A stretch of 55,493 bases of DNA from positions 5,071,869 through 5,127,361 of the forward strand of contig CM119267.1 in NCBI GenBank assembly GCA_051294375.1, written 5' to 3'. Positions 1-12,818 of the stretch are shown one piece after another (the stretch's first letter is position 1; each line of letters begins with the position of its first letter). The DNA is from Paraspadella gotoi (lineage: Eukaryota; Animalia; Chaetognatha). The notes under the pieces are model-generated. The model made no database searches. It was not told the DNA's origin and saw nothing but the letters and a program-made list of their open reading frames with translations. The position numbers were made by a program, and so were the translations under genes.

Positions 1-436
1 AGAGAGAGAGAAAGAGAAAGAGAGAGACATTGAATGGTCCCCGCACAAATCGATTCCATTGCATCCGCAGAATCAATCGAATGTAATGAATTCCGATGTG
101 ACTCCTCATTGAGGTCACCTCTTTGCCTTTCACTGCCTTTGAAGCCTCCTCACGCCTCTCACGCCTTTTGACGCTATTCACGCGTCTCTCACCTCGAAAT
201 CACACGGGACCCGCCTCTCGACCGCGTCCTCACCCGAAACTTACCCGCCTCGCCACGATTCTAGGAGCGAACGGAGGCTCTTCACTCACCAATGAGTGAG
301 TCACCAAGCGCCCCGCTTGTTTTAATTATCAATTTTTTTGTGAATTAATTTTTAAACATTCTTTGCTTTACATTGCGGCCAGTGAAAAGCTCGTTCCGTG
401 TGGTCGATGCATCTTGTCTTTTCAATCTCCGAACTC

Positions 437-850
437 ATTCTTAATCATTAACCCTATTTATTAATCTACATCCTAATCATTAATTTCATTTCCTCATCTG
501 CATCCTAATCATTAATTTCATTTGCTCATCTGCATCCTAATCATTAACGTCATTTCCTCATCTGCATCCTAATCATTAACTTTATTTCCTCATCTGTATC
601 CTAATCATTAATTTCATTTCCTCATCTGAATCCTAATTATTAACATCATTTACTAATCTGCATCCTAATCATTAATTTTATTTCCTCATCTGCATCCTAA
701 TTATTAATTTCATTTCCACATCTGCATCCTAATCATTAACTTTATTTCCTTATCTGCATCCTAATCATTAATTTCATTTCTTCATCTGCATCCTAATCAA
801 TAATTTCATTCTCTCATCTACAACCTTATCTTTCATCCTAACTCATTAAA
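437..850. repeat. 32-bp minisatellite, ~11 full units plus degenerate ends
   Basis: Unit CATCCTAATCATTAATTTCATTTCCTCATCTG recurs at 469, 501, 533 ... 661 ... 789 with period 32 and no unique spacers. Confidence 0.95.
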
Positions 851-1099
851 TTATCTTCGGGAAAAAACGTCGACCACGATCTCGATTACACAGGAAAACG
901 ACGACAACAACGACAACAACGACAACAACGTGAAAAGGGAGGAACAAAAGAAAAGGAAAAAAAAAGAAAGAAAGGAGGTATTGCAAAAAGAAAGGAAAAG
1001 AAAAAAGAAAGAAAGAAAAATGTGGGCGTTACCCGAAAAGAAGGACATATTAAGAAAGTCTTCAAGTCGGACTCGTAAAAACTTAATTGTCGACTGAAA

Positions 1100-1368
1100 A
1101 CAACGACGACGACGATGACGACGACGACACCGACGACAAAGACGAGGACGACCATGACGAATACTGACAACGATGATGACAACGAAGATGACGACGATCA
1201 CGACAACGACGACAAAGACTATGTCGACGACGACCAAGACGACGACGAGAACGATAACGTCTACGACAATGACCACGACGACTAGGACGATCACGACGAT
1301 TCGGATGACGATCACGACGACGATCACAAAAACGACGACGACGACGACGACCATGACGACGACGACGA
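1100..1368. repeat. Degenerate (ACG)n trinucleotide microsatellite
   Basis: Interrupted ACG/GAC runs. They generate the poly-T and poly-V ORFs in the track. Confidence 0.9.
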
Positions 1369-1470
1369 ATCAGTGACCGGCGAAAAAAAAAAAAACTCGG
1401 ACGTGAGAGACGAAGTTGATTTTTCCGTCGAATTCACGCGAAAATTGGAAACCGAACACGGGAGGATTTT

Positions 1471-1625
1471 TGGGAGGGGGGAGAAGGGGGGGGGGAATAG
1501 GGGGGGAAAGAAAAGAGGGGGGTAGGGAGAAGGGGGGGAGAAAAAGAAGGGGGAGGCGATGAAAGAGGGGAAGGAAATTGGTGGAGGATGGGGGGAGGAA
1601 GAGGGGGGGAGGTAGAAGGGGGAAG
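1471..1625 (+). other. G-run-rich purine tract (G-quadruplex-capable sequence)
   Basis: More than 10 runs of at least 3 G separated by short A-rich loops. Function is not shown. Confidence 0.5.
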
Positions 1626-2711
1626 AAAAAGAATTGAAATCGAATGATGAGTAAAACATTGTTAAAATAACAAATAGAGGAAAAGTTAGAATATATCTAT
1701 ACTGTTTTAGGAGAAAGGACAGAGATAGAAGAAGACTCATATTTTGACGCCGGGAATGAAAGTATTTTCGGCTGAGACTCGGTCTCATCGTAATTTGTAG
1801 AATTTGAAAATTGTCCGCTTGGCCAATAATATTTGGTCATCAACGATTCATTATTTTATATAATATTATTATATTCACAATTTACCTCAACGAGAAATCA
1901 TAATATCCTAATCCCAAATAAAAGTCATGAAAAATATCAACAGAATATAAGTTTTCTTAAAAAAACCCTGATGGTTTCATCATTGAACCGACTTCAGTGA
2001 AGACGAAAGAGAAAGTGATAAATCGGGTGGACATTTTGTGCCGCAGCCACTTGTCATTTCGAGAATTAAAAATAAAACATGCTCAACAGGAAATTTAATG
2101 AAGGAAAAAAATTTAAAATCCGCGTTAAGCAACGACGCGTTTCATGTTTCCTACTTAATTATTATTTAAACATTATTTTTTAAATTTTTAATCAAGAAAG
2201 GAGTCACGAATTCCGAACGAGATAATAAAAAAGCCATAAAACGGTAAGCGAAGCTCAACGGTGCGATTATATTTACGAGCCCTTTATGTGTGATGCCCCG
2301 CGTGTGAGGCATCTCCCGACAGCCGGCGGTCAGGGCTTTGGACCTGCAGTGACCACCCCATGTCACGGGCGTGCATAGTGAACATCGAACCTGAAATTTC
2401 TCTTAAATTGCAAAAATTTAAATAATATTACTGGCCTAAAATTCTTTAAGCAGCATAACCGTGAACCGGGAACTAGTACTTAGCTGTCCAAGCCAGTGGG
2501 ACGAGCTGCGTTTCACCAAGCTATATGGAAGGCGAATTTAGGATTCGCCACACCTTTATATATTCGCCCCGACCAAGTCTCATACGGGTAGGGCCTGATT
2601 GAACGAAGGAGATTTTTCTGCGTCTGAAATGCCTGAAAAGCCTGATTTGAGGCAGCATTTCGCGGATTTGGCTTAAAAGTAAGTTTTAAATTGTATAAAC
2701 GAGCAACGTGT

Positions 2712-2888
2712 GAAATTGGCAAAACCAATGTGAAAATTATTGATATATTCAAAAAACAGGCTATCTCGCCCCAGACTTTGGGCAGGCTAGGGTGGATAAA
2801 GGCTTCTGTCCCTCTTGAAAGATAAGTACTTAGTACTGACCCCACAAAGTTTCAATCAAGACTGTTACAGTTGATTAACTTCCAGAAT
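2712..2888. repeat. Dispersed repeat family, copy 1
   Basis: Aligns by eye with 3913-4105 (gaaattgg..accaat..aaaattat..gctatct.gccc..gactttgg.caggct..ggtgg..taaagg..ctctt..aagataa..tttcaatcaagact). Confidence 0.8.
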
Positions 2889-3576
2889 TCATAGATGAAG
2901 AGAAGAAATATAATATAATATAATTTAATTATACATACTATTTAATACCATCGCGTTCCTCCTCCAAAACACTCCCTACCCACCTCCCGAAGCTCCAAGA
3001 TTGGCCAGCGCATTCACGCGATTCGACCAAATCGCAATAAGGTGCCACGGGTCAGTCAGGCGTGCGTTCTCGCTCTCCTTTCCTCCCATCGGATCGTTTC
3101 TCGTCCTTTCATCCCTTACCATGCCTTACCTTTTGACGCGGAAACTCACCCAACTTCTCCCCTCTCACATTCTCCGAAACCTAAACCCCGGAAATCTCGG
3201 TTACTTTGATTGGTGGAACCACAACGACAACAACGAATTCCCCGTCCGAATCGTCGTCATGGCGACGCGTTGACGCCGTCTACGTTTCTTTTCTCATTTT
3301 CGGTTCGAAAGAAAAAAAAAAGCGGCCCGCCTCTTTCTCAACAAAAGGGGCGCCCTCGCTGCGACCAACGAACGCACTTTTTTTAGTTCCTTTTTTTTTC
3401 GAGATGGCGCCTTCCGTTCTTTTCTCCGAATCAAGACATCTTGCCTTATTTTCTCTTTTTTATTAAATGGGACTTTTCCTTATAAATAACCATCAATGGC
3501 AATTGTGCTTGCTGTTCTTGCAATAGACCAAGCAATGGTGCTCTCCCCTTCCGCCCGCTCAAAACGAGTCTCTCTC

Positions 3577-3613
<37 letters not shown>

Positions 3614-3912
3614 TCTTCATCTCTCTCTCCATCTCTCTCTCATCTTCTTCTCTCCCCACCTCCTCCCGTAATCCTTTCCGTTTTAACCTCTGGATTTTCC
3701 CTAGAAAAGCCTGCCGTCGAGCTCTCGGTCGGTTCCGCAAGTTTGTTAGTCTCGAACCGGATTCGATACAACACATAAATTTTGTTTATTTACAAGTATC
3801 GAGGAGGAAAAAAGAAAAAGAAATCTAAAATCCCCTTCCCTCCCGGAATCCGCTGCCTTCAGCCTCTCTGGCTAAATTTTCTTCTTTTTATTCACGTTTT
3901 CCTTTTATTTAC

Positions 3913-4105
3913 TTTTTATTATGAAATTGGTACAACCAATATAAAAATTATCCATTCATTTAATAAATAAGCTATCTTGCCCCTGACTTTGGACAGGCTT
4001 TGGTGGTTTAAGGCCTCCATCACTCTTACAAGATAATGACATAGCAGGTCCCTGCAAGCTTTCAATCAAGACTCTCTCACAGTCTCGTTTATTCACTCCC
4101 AGAGT
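3913..4105. repeat. Dispersed repeat family, copy 2
   Basis: Diverged direct repeat of 2712-2888. Its first ~65 bp also recur at 22121-22186 and in the other unit copies. Confidence 0.8.
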
Positions 4106-4575
4106 ACCTGGCTTCCCTATCAATGAAGTGGAAAATATTTCAAAGAATGTTTCAATTGTTATTTCCAACTTCATGCGGTTTTCTCATCTTTTCTTTTTAC
4201 TCTTTTTTTTCCGAGTCGATCTTTTTATTTTCTTTCCCATTTATCTTGCGCACTAACCCCGTCGTTGTTTGCCATTTAACATTTACCATTTACCATTTAC
4301 CCCTTTTTGCCATGTCCTTCCCCTCGCCATGGGATATCATCCTCTTCCCACGTCGCTCGATTAATGACCCTCGGTCTTTGCCATTCGTCATCGCCTCTCC
4401 CAGTATTGACAGGCGGCAATGACGGTATCGCCATCTGGCAACGTCGACCGGTATTTTCCGCCGTTCTGCCATCTTTGTCCCTCCGTGACGCACGATGGTT
4501 TCCGCCGTTGTAATACGAATTGTCAACAACGTTTCTATCGCGAAAGACGAATGTCGTCTCTCTCTCTCTCTCATC

Positions 4576-4611
<36 letters not shown>

Positions 4612-4710
4612 CTCTGCTCTCCTCTCCCTTCTCTCTCTCTCTCTCTCTCTCCTCTATTCTTTTTTTCCTAAAACCAGCTATTGAATTCCACAGAGCCGGG
4701 CGAGTGCAGA

Positions 4711-4771
<61 letters not shown>

Positions 4772-6409
4772 GAAAGGGAGTAGAGAGAGTGTTCCTTTTG
4801 AGCGAATTTTCGGAGATGAAATGGAAGATTCGATTTACCTGAGACGAAAAAGACTGTCTCGCAGTTGAAGTACGTTTGAGAGCAAAGAGGTTTTTTATAT
4901 TTTACAATTTAGAACCAAGACCATTTAAAAATATCTAAGATCGAAGAAGATATATAAGAGCAAATTGAAGAAAAAGTTGATTTAGAGAAATATCGTTTTG
5001 GAGATCCATCGGAAAAACAAAAGAAATACATACATCCAAACTGAAGTAAATATAAACAAAACACGATTTGACAAATTAATCTTTTCAGCTTCTGTTTTGT
5101 CGCCGATCAAAGTCAGTCAATCCCTTGGTTTTAAGTTTTTTTACCATTTTTTATTTTTCAAAATCAGTCGCACGCGCGAGGAAAAAAAAGGAAAATTATA
5201 TACGCCACTCTAGTGAGAAGAAGGCTTTGAAGTTTCAGCGAGTCCTCCTTTTCTCCCAGTCGCCGCCACCGCAGCCGGCGCCGCTGCTGCCTCCGAGCCG
5301 CCGCCGCCGCCGCCAGCCGCTTTCTTAGCGAAGACATGAAATGTAGCCGATGCGCGTGAGCATTTGCGTGGACAACGACGATGCAGAGAGACGCCCGTAG
5401 CAAATAATATTTGGCATCGTATAACGTATTACGTAGAATATTCGCTTTCGTTTGTTTATTTATTCTTGTTTGCTTGTTTATGGTTTGTGTTTGGTTTTTG
5501 ATACAAAATTTGATTGCGAGATCGAGAGAGAAAAAAAATGTATAACTGACTTGAGGCAGATTCCGTATGTTTTGCCGATGAAATGTTTTTCTCCAAAATC
5601 AAAACCACAAAAAAACCACAAAATTCTTTTCTTTTTTTTCTTTTTTTTTTTTACACCTTTTACCTTGAAATAATTTACATTTTTACATTTAGATTTTATG
5701 CCTCGCAATACATTTTTCTCGTATGAAAATATCTCGGTCGATTTGAAATGTCAATATCTTCAGGGGTCTTTCTTTGGGCGAAAGAGAAAGAAGGTGGGAC
5801 GGGAAGGGGGGGGCGGAAAGGCATAGGATCGGATGGGTGATAGATTGGAAAGTGGAGACTGTGATTCCGTGATCCGATGAGTGAGTCGGTGAATTGAGAG
5901 AAGAAAAAAAACTCAACCACAACTCACCTTTTTCGTCGCCATAAAAGTCACGACGAATCAGAATTTTCTTTTTTTATATTAAGAATGTCGTCGTTGTCGT
6001 CGTTGTCGTCGTCATGGTCGTCGTTGTCGTCGTCATGGTCGTCGTTGTCGTCGTCATGGTCGTCGTTGTCGTCATAGATTTACTAGTGGACGTTGATTTC
6101 GTCTCAGTTGTCGTTAAATTCTTTTTTTCTTTTTTTTCTTTTATTGAGTCAAATAAAGTAACATTTGAGGTTTTTATCGCGAACAAAGATCAACCACAAC
6201 GAAAGGTTTTAACTTTGTAACTAGAATTTAAAAAAAAATATCGATATATTCTCGCAGAAGAAACGTATTCATGAGCCAAATAATAATTCGGAAAAACAGA
6301 AAACCTTTTAGGTTAAATCATCTTGTTTATTGATATTGCATTTTTTGTCTGTCGAAAATGTTTTTATTTTCCCTTTTCAAAACAAACAAATGAAAAACGA
6401 AAACGACAA

Positions 6410-6536
6410 AAAAAGAAAAGAAAAGAAGAAAGAGAAGAAAAGAGAAGAAAAGAAAAGAAAAGAAAAGAAAAGAAAAGAAAAGAAAAGAAAAGAAAAGAAA
6501 AGAAAAGAAAAGAAAAGAAAAGAAAAGAAAAGAAAA
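6410..6536. repeat. (AAAAG)n microsatellite
   Basis: Near-perfect pentamer run. Similar tracts occur at ~17090-17230 and ~26620-26750. Confidence 0.95.
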
Positions 6537-6650
6537 CGGTGACAACAAAAGAACAAAACCTGGAATAATAGAAAAGTTTGTGCCGGAGGCGCCTCCTGGC
6601 GGCGCCTGCTTTGGAAATTGAATCAAGGGCGGGATAAAAACGAAAAACAT

Positions 6651-6781
<131 letters not shown>

Positions 6782-7449
6782 CGTCATAAATCTAAGCCAT
6801 GGTGGAAGTAGGCAGCTTCCATTTACGCTAAAAAAAGAATCTCCGATTTGACATTTATTTTCATCCTCGAACGAGTAATTGCATGTTTAAATTGTTTTTT
6901 TTTTTTAAGTTTGTAAACGGTTTTTAAAGTAATTTTTTAACCTATCTATTATAAATTTATATTTCGCTATTTTTTACACTTATCTATGATCAAGTGTTCA
7001 ACAATTTCATACGTTTACGATAGTGAGACAATTAATTAATATCTCAATCAAAATTATTTACTAATCAAAATTATAATTCTTAGTCTAATAAAGATGTAGA
7101 GAATTACAAATTTTCGCTTGTATGACTTATAAACTTTGACTTAAAATGGGAATATCTAGACGAATAAGCAGAATAATAAAATTTTTCTAAGCCTAATGAG
7201 ACATGGAACAATGAGAATCCGTAGTACAGTAAAAAAAATTTCTATATTATTATTAACTTTGTATGACCTACCCTATTAAATGTTTAAAATGCGTACGAGA
7301 AGAAGAAGTTCTATATTTAACTAAATATATAAATATATATATTAACTATCTTTATGTGAAAAAAAACCAAAAAACTTGTGAACAATGACTAAAGCCATTT
7401 GACTTGAATTGACTTCATTAAATGTCGTTCGATCTTCATTTTAGTCGTT

Positions 7450-7489
<40 letters not shown>

Positions 7490-7578
7490 TCGTCGTCTTC
7501 CTCGGAGTTGGCTTCGGATCAAAAGTCACAACGCGGGTCACGAGACTCTCTCGCCGAAGCCTCGGGTTCCAGCCCATC

Positions 7579-8241
7579 NNNNNNNNNNNNNNNNNNNNNN
7601 NNNNNNNNNNNNNNNNNNNNNNNNNNNNNNNNNNNNNNNNNNNNNNNNNNNNNNNNNNNNNNNNNNNNNNNNNNNNNNNNNNNNNNNNNNNNNNNNNNNN
7701 NNNNNNNNNNNNNNNNNNNNNNNNNNNNNNNNNNNNNNNNNNNNNNNNNNNNNNNNNNNNNNNNNNNNNNNNNNNNNNNNNNNNNNNNNNNNNNNNNNNN
7801 NNNNNNNNNNNNNNNNNNNACGACGACGATAATAGGGAAGACACACGTCGTCAAAACTCGGTTTAAAATTGCGAAACAAAAGCGAGAAAAGCCCATTAAA
7901 CGGGGAGAAATTTCAAAGGCGTGANNNNNNNNNNNNNNNNNNNNNNNNNNNNNNNNNNNNNNNNNNNNNNNNNNNNNNNNNNNNNNNNNNNNNNNNNNNN
8001 NNNNNNNNNNNNNNNNNNNNNNNNNNNNNNNNNNNNNNNNNNNNNNNNNNNNNNNNNNNNNNNNNNNNNNNNNNNNNNNNNNNNNNNNNNNNNNNNNNNN
8101 NNNNNNNNNNNNNNNNNNNNNNNNNNNNNNNNNNNNNNNNNNNNNNNNNNNNNNNNNNNNNNNNNNNNNNNNNNNNNNNNNNNNNNNNNNNNNNNNNNNN
8201 NNNNNNNNNNNNNNNNNNNNNNNNNNNNNNNNNNNNNNNNN
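7579..8241. other. Two assembly gaps (7579-7819, 7925-8241)
   Basis: N runs. ORFs spanning them are meaningless. Confidence 0.99.
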
Positions 8242-8843
8242 AAATTAGGGGAAAGGAAAGAGATGGTAAGTAAATGGACGGTGGGATAGACAAGTCGAGA
8301 AAGGTAAGGCGTAATAAGGATGAGAGGGGTCCACCGATGGAAGGGAAATCGGTCAATGTTTCTGGGTCAGAGACGAACGACTTCCGCGTTGGACTCGATG
8401 GAAGGCGAATTCTGGAGAAAACAAAATGTCAGCATCGATTGCACTTTTTGAAAAATCTTTCGTTTGTCCGTTCGTATGTATAATAATCTAATTTCAAAAC
8501 TGAGGCACACAACCTTATTGTATTAAGTCGTTGCGATCTAAAGCTCCAACTCATTTCTCAACAATCCACGAGTATGTATGTATGACATGTATGTAAAATT
8601 TAGATCGAGATTCGATACCGAATAGAGTGATCTAATATTTCGACTGTCCTATCCCCACTGTGCCGATTCAATATGCCGACTATGCCCTCTTCATGTGCGA
8701 AGCGATAGGACGGGATGGGTTTTTTTTTTTCAAAATGACGCTTACTCGGCAAGAACGTACGTGCCGCGCGTTTTTCATCTTCCAGATTTCCCGACAACAA
8801 TATTTCAACGGAGACAGCTTTTGCGTCTTCTTAGTATCACGCC

Positions 8844-8879
<36 letters not shown>

Positions 8880-9049
8880 TCTCTCTTCCCTCTCTCTCCT
8901 TCTCTCTCTCTCCCTCTCTTGCCTTCCCATCGAAAAAATTCCTCCAAAACTGCGAAAAATCTACTTGGGATATTTTATTTTTCACGAAAATCCGCAAAAA
9001 GTGAGGAAAAAAAAGAAAAAAAAGGAGAAAAGGATAATTCACCTCCCAG

Positions 9050-9787
9050 TTTTTTTTTTTTTTTTTTCCTTTTTAGTTCCTTGTAAGTCAATTTTTCGCG
9101 TTGGTCGGTCGGGGTCCGTCGGTCTGTCCACTCACGTAAAAAATATGCTCGATGCTCATTTTATGTCAAGAAAGAAAATCCTCAATCCAAATTTAAGTGA
9201 ACTACTCCGCTCCGCCTTCAGAAAAAATCCTTAAATAAAACTATAAAAAAACAAAAGACGAGGAATCCGATGCAGTGCGTGGGCTAAAAAAGTTAATAGT
9301 AGTCTTGATATGTCTTTATGTCAATATCATGTCATGTCATGTCACGAAAAATACACGTGATAAGGGCTATCACTGCGGCCAACACATTCAATTTACCGTT
9401 CTTGTTTTTTCCTTTCTTCCTCATTATATTTTTTTGTTAGTAATCCTTCGGAACCTGTCTATGATCAGTTTTTCTTTTCTTCTCCTTCCTTTCTTTTTCT
9501 CCTCCTTTCTCTTTTTCTTTCACCTCCCTTTCCCTCCCTTTCTTATTTTTTTTTTCGGCGCGAAACAACAAGGGAAATCTTCATTTTGGATTTTCGCGTC
9601 CGCAGACGACAGCAGAAAGAAAAAAGAGAGGAAAAAGAAAAGAAAGAAAAGAAGAAAAAAGAAAAAGAAGAAAAGAAAGAAAAGAAAAAAAAAAAAAGAC
9701 GGTAGAGTTTATGGAAACATCGCGGAAGAGAGCACGATGGAAGAGGCGTGGCGAGCCCTCCGGTCACCGTGCAGCGGTCACACAAAA

Positions 9788-9870
<83 letters not shown>

Positions 9871-10919
9871 GAATTCAGGTTGTTCTTTCTTTAACCGATC
9901 TTTTGATTATTTTCTCGCCTCCTGTTACAATCGTTTGCAACGCACTCATTTTTACGGATATACAATCAAAGTTGAGATGAGAGAAGAGAGAGAGAGAGGA
10001 GAGGATAGAGAAGGAGGAGGAGATGAGAAGAGAAGAAGATGAAGAGAGAGATAGAGAGAGAGAGAAAGAATTTTCGCAAAATGGTGCGCCATCTTTTTTT
10101 TTTTTTTTTTGAGAATTCTACGTTTCCTTCAAAAGATTCGAAGGACACTGTTTCTCCCAGGGTCTCTTCATCCGCGGCCTTCTCTTTTCACTCAAATAAG
10201 TGATGGTTCGTCCGAGAGAAAAAACTTTTACCCAACCCACACCCTTTTCTCTCTTCAACCTTCTTCATTTGCAACCACCCCCCCCCTCCACTCAATTACA
10301 GTTTCGACCCTCTCTTCTTTGCCAAATTGCTCCAACGCCCTTTCGCACTCATTCACATCTCATCTCACACGCGTTCCAATTTAAAGACGCTGGCACTTTT
10401 GCTTTTTTTACGCCGCATAAGAATTCTCTCTTCTCGAAACGGGGGCCCGTCCTCTCCCCCCTCCCAAATAGGCCTCGGTTCTCTAATTTTATTAGGTTCC
10501 TCCGGCCCTCGATTGGATCGTCCAACGGGACGTTACCTTGGCACATCGTCCATGGAATTTAAACCTACCTTGGGGAATCGTTTCCGTCAAACCTTACCTT
10601 TTCGTGTGGCGTGACATTCATCTCGAAACTTAAAGGCACGTGATTTTTTGAGGCGAAAATAATTTTCACTATCGTTTCGCTCCCAAAAATTTTGATTTTG
10701 ATTTAAATTTTCAAATACTACATATAAAAATAAAATTAACTCCCATCAACAACCAATCCAACTCCACCCCAGACCCACAGACTCCACCACCCCTACCCAC
10801 CCTCAACCCTTCCTAAAAGTGGCGGCGTTTGAAGAATAGTTTCCGCCGTTTTCGCATTTCTGGAGTCTTTCTTCTATCACACAATCAACGCCATAAACAA
10901 ACATAATTGTCTTCTTCGG

Positions 10920-10963
<44 letters not shown>

Positions 10964-10967
10964 CTTC

Positions 10968-11004
<37 letters not shown>

Positions 11005-12793
11005 TCCCTCTCTCTCTCTCCTCTCTCTCTCTTTCTCTTTTATTTTTTTCTTTTTTTTTTTCTTCTCTAGCTCTCTCTTCATCTTTCAATCATTTAATTT
11101 TTTTTTTAACTCATCTCTTTCTTTTTTCTTTCTTTTTTTTTTTTCTAACTCGATCACCGGACAAAACAAGCACAAATGGTTACATATTATTTCAAAACTC
11201 ACTCATTTACGAAATGCCTAAACTTTTAAGATAAGTACAAAACCATCGGTTTTTTTAAAAAATCGTATTTACTTATTATTAAATTTAGACTTATAAACAT
11301 ACTACGAACAAACGAGTCCGTGGAGTCCGATTAATACAACCGACCGATTCCAACCGAACGACCAGACCCGACAAAAGTTTTTTTCCTCGGAAAACAGAAA
11401 AAAAAAAAAAAGATGAAAGACCAATGAATGAATGAATGAATGATAAATGAATGAAGACTATGAATGAATGATATGATGTGATGAAATGAATTGAATGAGA
11501 TGAATGATGTTTGAAAATATGAATATGAAAAAGGATGAAAGAGAATCATGCGTGGACATTGGTCACTTTATCTTCGTCCGGTCGTCGTGTCATCGTCCGT
11601 CCCCGTATGTTTTGTCCTTTTGTTCGCTCGCATCGTTAGAGAGGGAGGGAATGAGAGAGAAAACAAATTTCGCGGCCAGACGCCCTTTTTGATGTTTTTC
11701 CGGCGTTAAAATTATGGTGATGGCTCTCGGGCGGTGTGTGGCGGACGGTAATGGAGGGCGGGTGTGGTTGGGCGATGGTGGTATTTTGGCCGGGCTGGGG
11801 GCGGTGCCGCCTCCGCGTCTAGTCTGCTGCGGATCGTCTGCCGGCCGTCTGCGGCCCGAATGCGCACGCGGCATGGCAACACATTGAGCGGGTGGGTGTA
11901 TATTGGACGCGGGCGGTTTTTACGCGGCCCACGTCCGCCGGCGTGGCGGCGCGATAAAAAACGATGGAAAAGACGCCAAAAAGATTTTGCGACCAGGCGG
12001 GAACGCCCGCCAACGGAGATCGCCTGTACGTCGACGCAAAACGCCGGACGCTCTGAGCCAGGAAAATTAGATATGTTATGTTAGAAATTTTTGATTATGT
12101 AGATAGTTTTTCTGAATAATTTCTTATTTTAGGTTAGATTTACAAAGACAGGGAACACCGAATAAAAGAGAGATGAGAAAGAGAGAGAGAGGGAGAGAGG
12201 GAGAAAGAGAGAGGTGATGAGTGATGAGAGACGAGAAGAGAAGAGGAAGAAGAGAAGAGGAGTGAGAGAGAGAGAGAGACGATCGAGAGTATAGAGAAGA
12301 GATGATGAGAGGATAGAGAGATTGAGAGGAGAGATCGAGAGAGAGGGAGAGAGAAGGAAGAGAGATAGGAAGAGAGAGGGTTTTATTAAGAGAGAGAGGA
12401 GGGAGAAGGTATTATTGGTGTGTTGAGAAGAGGTCGAGAGGGAGTGGAGCATGAGAGAGAGATGATGGCGAGAATTCGTGCCCTTGGACCGATAGTAGCG
12501 GAAGAGAAGCGAACGATTGTGAGGTGGTGGTGTTGGCGGGCCAACAAAAAAAATCGGGACAAGAGGGAATAGAAAAAAAAGGAAAAAAGAAAAAGAAGTA
12601 ATTATCTATATGTTTTTATTTTTTAAAGAGAAGCCAAACACTGGATTTAATCAAGCCCGAATTTTTTTTTCGTTTTTTTTTTTTTTATTAAATAGAATGG
12701 AATTAAAAAAATGTGGCTGGGACGGAAATATCAGAACATAAAGTGAAAAATAGGAAAATTTTAAAAAAGCATTTAAAGAGAAAAAAAAAAGGA
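9050..12793. repeat. ~3.7-kb segment duplicated downstream (12819-15763 plus ~16540-16812)
   Basis: Collinear similarity, e.g. gatgcagtgcgtgggctaaaa at 9269/13008, aaagacgctggcacttttgc at 10383/14122, cgtggacattggtcactttatc at 11551/15218. The copies are separated by a 25-N gap (12794-12818). Confidence 0.93.
11546..12052 (-). CDS. Candidate terminal exon of an unidentified gene (indel-ridden)
   Basis: GC-rich island preceded by a ...ttggctcag acceptor. The cleaner duplicate at 15213-15347 reads as an open frame TRAIIFYRKTSKAPPKLFSHDAGDKGHYDDDDDDDDDKVTNVHA*. No homolog recognised. Confidence 0.3.
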
Positions 12794-12818
12794 NNNNNNN
12801 NNNNNNNNNNNNNNNNNN

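Noticed and set aside
851-1376. Thr-rich mucin-like, Asp-rich or Val-rich protein
   Set aside because: Explained by an (ACG)n microsatellite that is common in this window. The Asp frame has an internal TAG and there is no supporting splice context.
7389-8356. ORFs containing X runs (also 13324-14831, 15334-15681)
   Set aside because: Open only because of N gaps.
9275-10042. 255-aa ORF and other SL/ER/K-rich ORFs
   Set aside because: Products of (CT)n, (GA)n and (AAAAG)n tracts; not preserved in the duplicate copy.
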